Positions 61,943 through 64,000 of a DNA stretch of 64,000 nt are shown here, piece after piece (position 1 is the stretch's first letter; each line of letters begins with the position of its first letter). Source of the stretch: Nitrospirota bacterium (GTDB lineage Bacteria > Nitrospirota > Nitrospiria > Nitrospirales > Nitrospiraceae); contig CAVPBK010000006.1 of NCBI GenBank assembly GCA_963701855.1, positions 1,248,001-1,312,000 on the forward strand, written 5' to 3'. The position numbers and the translations under genes were made by a program. The notes below the pieces were generated by a model. That model was given only the letters and a program-made list of their open reading frames with translations, had not been told where the DNA came from and ran no database searches.

Positions 61943-63085
61943 ATGAGCACTATGACTCCCAATGCCCTTTGTTTCGGTGACGAGTTTCCCGCCGCCGGCG
62001 CGCCTTGTCTCGTTCAAGTTGAGGGGCATGGACTCACCGTTACTTTTGTATCTGATACCGCCGATGGCGAGCCAGAATCCGTTCCCTTTTCAAGCCTCAC
62101 CGTCTCGGCGGGGGGGCTGGATCATGACCAGCTTGTGGTGCAATGGACCGGGCAAAAGGGGGAACGGACGCTCTACCTAAAGAACCCCGATGTGATTCGG
62201 GCCTTCCGCCAGGCGGCGCCGGATCATTTGAGTCATTCTTTTGAACAGGCGGCGGAACGCGTCCGACAGGTGCGCCACCGGGGCCGGCTCGTCTGGAGTC
62301 TAGTCGGCGGGGTGCTTCTAGCCACAGTGCTGGGACTCTGGTTCGGGTCCGATCTACTCGTTGAGATTGCCGTAAGCCGGATCCCGGTGGAGTGGGAACA
62401 AAAACTGGGAGAATCAGCCTATCGGGATTTTCTCAGCCATCAGGAAGTGGTGAAAGAGGGTCCAGCGATCGCAGCGCTAAGAGAGATGACCCAACGTATG
62501 ACCGTGCAGATCCTGGATAATCCCTACAAGTTCGAAGTGACCGTGGTAAAGAGCGACATCGTCAACGCCTTCGCGCTGCCGGGCGGATATGTGGTGGTAT
62601 TCACCGGACTCATGAAGAAAGCAGAAAGCGGGGAAGAGGTGGCGGGGGTGCTGAGCCATGAACTGAATCATGTGCTACAGCGGCATGGGCTTGAACGGAT
62701 CGTAAAAAGTCTCGGGCTGATGACGGTGGCGGCCATTGTATTTGGAAATCAGCAGGGTCTCATTGGGATGATGAAGCAACTTGGTGTCGAACTGTTCACT
62801 CTCAAGTTCGGCAGGGAGCAGGAGACCGAGGCTGATCTTACAGGATTACAGTTGCTCCAACGGGCAAGGATCGACCCCTCCGGTATGATCACGTTTTTTG
62901 AACGACTCTCGGAGAGGGACGAAGGCCGGATGGAGTGGCTCTCCACGCATCCGATGAGCGCCGCCAGAGCCGATCGATTGAAAGCGGAACTTGCCGCCTT
63001 GCCGAAGAAATTGCCGGAGCCTTTTACCTTCGACTGGAAACAGGTGCAGGCTTCGCTCGGATCTCAACCGATTGTTGTTCCGTGA
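61943..63085 (+). CDS. M48 family metallopeptidase
   Basis: NAFALPGG, HELNH, ETEAD and STHP motifs. Confidence 0.9.
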   Translation: MSTMTPNALCFGDEFPAAGAPCLVQVEGHGLTVTFVSDTADGEPESVPFSSLTVSAGGLDHDQLVVQWTGQKGERTLYLKNPDVIRAFRQAAPDHLSHSFEQAAERVRQVRHRGRLVWSLVGGVLLATVLGLWFGSDLLVEIAVSRIPVEWEQKLGESAYRDFLSHQEVVKEGPAIAALREMTQRMTVQILDNPYKFEVTVVKSDIVNAFALPGGYVVVFTGLMKKAESGEEVAGVLSHELNHVLQRHGLERIVKSLGLMTVAAIVFGNQQGLIGMMKQLGVELFTLKFGREQETEADLTGLQLLQRARIDPSGMITFFERLSERDEGRMEWLSTHPMSAARADRLKAELAALPKKLPEPFTFDWKQVQASLGSQPIVVP

Positions 63086-63639
63086 ACCAGACGAGAGCCG
63101 TTTGCATCGGAGTGATTGCCGACACCCACGGCCTGTTCGATCCGGCCATCCTGCGACACTTCAAAAGCGTCAATCACATCCTCCACGCCGGGGATATTGG
63201 CGATCAATCTGTGATTGAACAGCTAGAGCAGATCGCTCCAGTCACCGCCGTCTTCGGTAACGTCGATGACGATGAACAGGGCAGATTTCCGTCCGAGGTC
63301 GTGATCGAACTGGCAGGCCGCCGCATCGCCATCCGTCATATTTTGTATGAAGGCGGGAAGCTCACAAAAGACGGGCGAGCCTTTCTGGATCGTGAACAGC
63401 CTGATATCTGCATCTTCGGTCATACGCACCAGCCGAAAACCGAATGGTTCAGCAAGACGCTGCTCCTTAATCCAGGATCCGCCGGTCCTAAGCGGTTCTC
63501 ACTTCCACGTGGGATCGGGCTTCTGACCATTCAGGGGAAAAATGTTTTACCCAAGCTGATTCGCTTGAGCGATAATGTGAATCGACGAAACAGGTCTACG
63601 GGTGTGAAGTTGCCCAAGAAAAAAGGAGGAACGACATGA
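63082..63639 (+). CDS. Metallophosphoesterase, YfcE family
   Basis: ADTH, HAGD, GNVD, GHTH and NPGS motifs. Confidence 0.9.
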   Translation: MNQTRAVCIGVIADTHGLFDPAILRHFKSVNHILHAGDIGDQSVIEQLEQIAPVTAVFGNVDDDEQGRFPSEVVIELAGRRIAIRHILYEGGKLTKDGRAFLDREQPDICIFGHTHQPKTEWFSKTLLLNPGSAGPKRFSLPRGIGLLTIQGKNVLPKLIRLSDNVNRRNRSTGVKLPKKKGGTT

Positions 63640-64000
63640 AGGGAAAGACGCTGAGAAAGAGGATCGTCGCGGCGATAGTTGTGGGAAGCTTCCTGACGGT
63701 CACGACGGCCTGCTATGGACCGTTCAATCTAACCAGAAATGTCTATCAGTGGAACAGCAGCATCAAAGGCAGTAGCGAAGTGAACGAGAAGTGGATGAAG
63801 GAATTCGTCTTCTTCGGCATGATCATCATTCCGGTGTACATGTTCTCAGCGCTGCTCGACGCCTTTATCTTCAATTCCATTCAGTTCTGGAGCGGGAGCA
63901 ATCCCGTCAAGGCCGACGATGCGGGAGGCGACGGAGCGACCCGCATGGTCCGGCTGGGCGGGCTCATTGTGACGGTGGCCGAGAGTGATCGAGGCACGAC
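63636..64000 (+). CDS. DUF3332 family lipoprotein (runs off window)
   Basis: TACYGPFNLT...WN...IPVY...DAFIFNSIQFWSGSNP. Confidence 0.8.
   Translation, partial: MKGKTLRKRIVAAIVVGSFLTVTTACYGPFNLTRNVYQWNSSIKGSSEVNEKWMKEFVFFGMIIIPVYMFSALLDAFIFNSIQFWSGSNPVKADDAGGDGATRMVRLGGLIVTVAESDRGT

Noticed and set aside
1..64000. CRISPR array, cas, reverse transcriptase/retron, rRNA
   Set aside because: No repeat-spacer array, YADD-type RT ORF, cas motif or rRNA-like sequence was recognised by eye

Overview
Bacterial chromosomal window, most likely from a Nitrospira-type nitrifier. This is inferred from gene content and order (leuS-lptE-holA-rpsT-pyrF-tRNA-His, SmbP, DUF3332) and from the characteristic intergenic repeats. 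Most of it is housekeeping: pyk end, M16 peptidase pair, a complete kdp locus including two unannotated small membrane proteins and KdpE-type boxes, M20 peptidase, aat, ECF sigma/anti-sigma/cupredoxin, der, leuS and a secretin. The accessory parts are more interesting. (1) A decayed tandem island array lies downstream of tRNA-His (39881 to about 52700), with two further att-like copies of the tRNA 3' end at 45950-45979 and 50342-50371. It carries IS3 remnants, an ADP-ribosylglycohydrolase, SmbP, a catalytically truncated integrase N-terminus fused to a HAD tail, a Swiss-Army-knife-type HAD and a HEPN-motif protein. (2) A solitary integron-type cassette has a well-formed attC (22795-22852) behind an AT-rich gene with an ADP-ribosyltransferase-like motif. 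(3) An AT-rich stand-alone nucleotidyl-cyclase-like gene sits at 4835-5659. (4) A modular family of MITE-like intergenic repeats shares a covarying hairpin core. Three conserved genes (HAD/gph, kdpD, aat) each carry a single-base frameshift, probably assembly errors. All product calls come from motif recognition by eye; no database searches were run.
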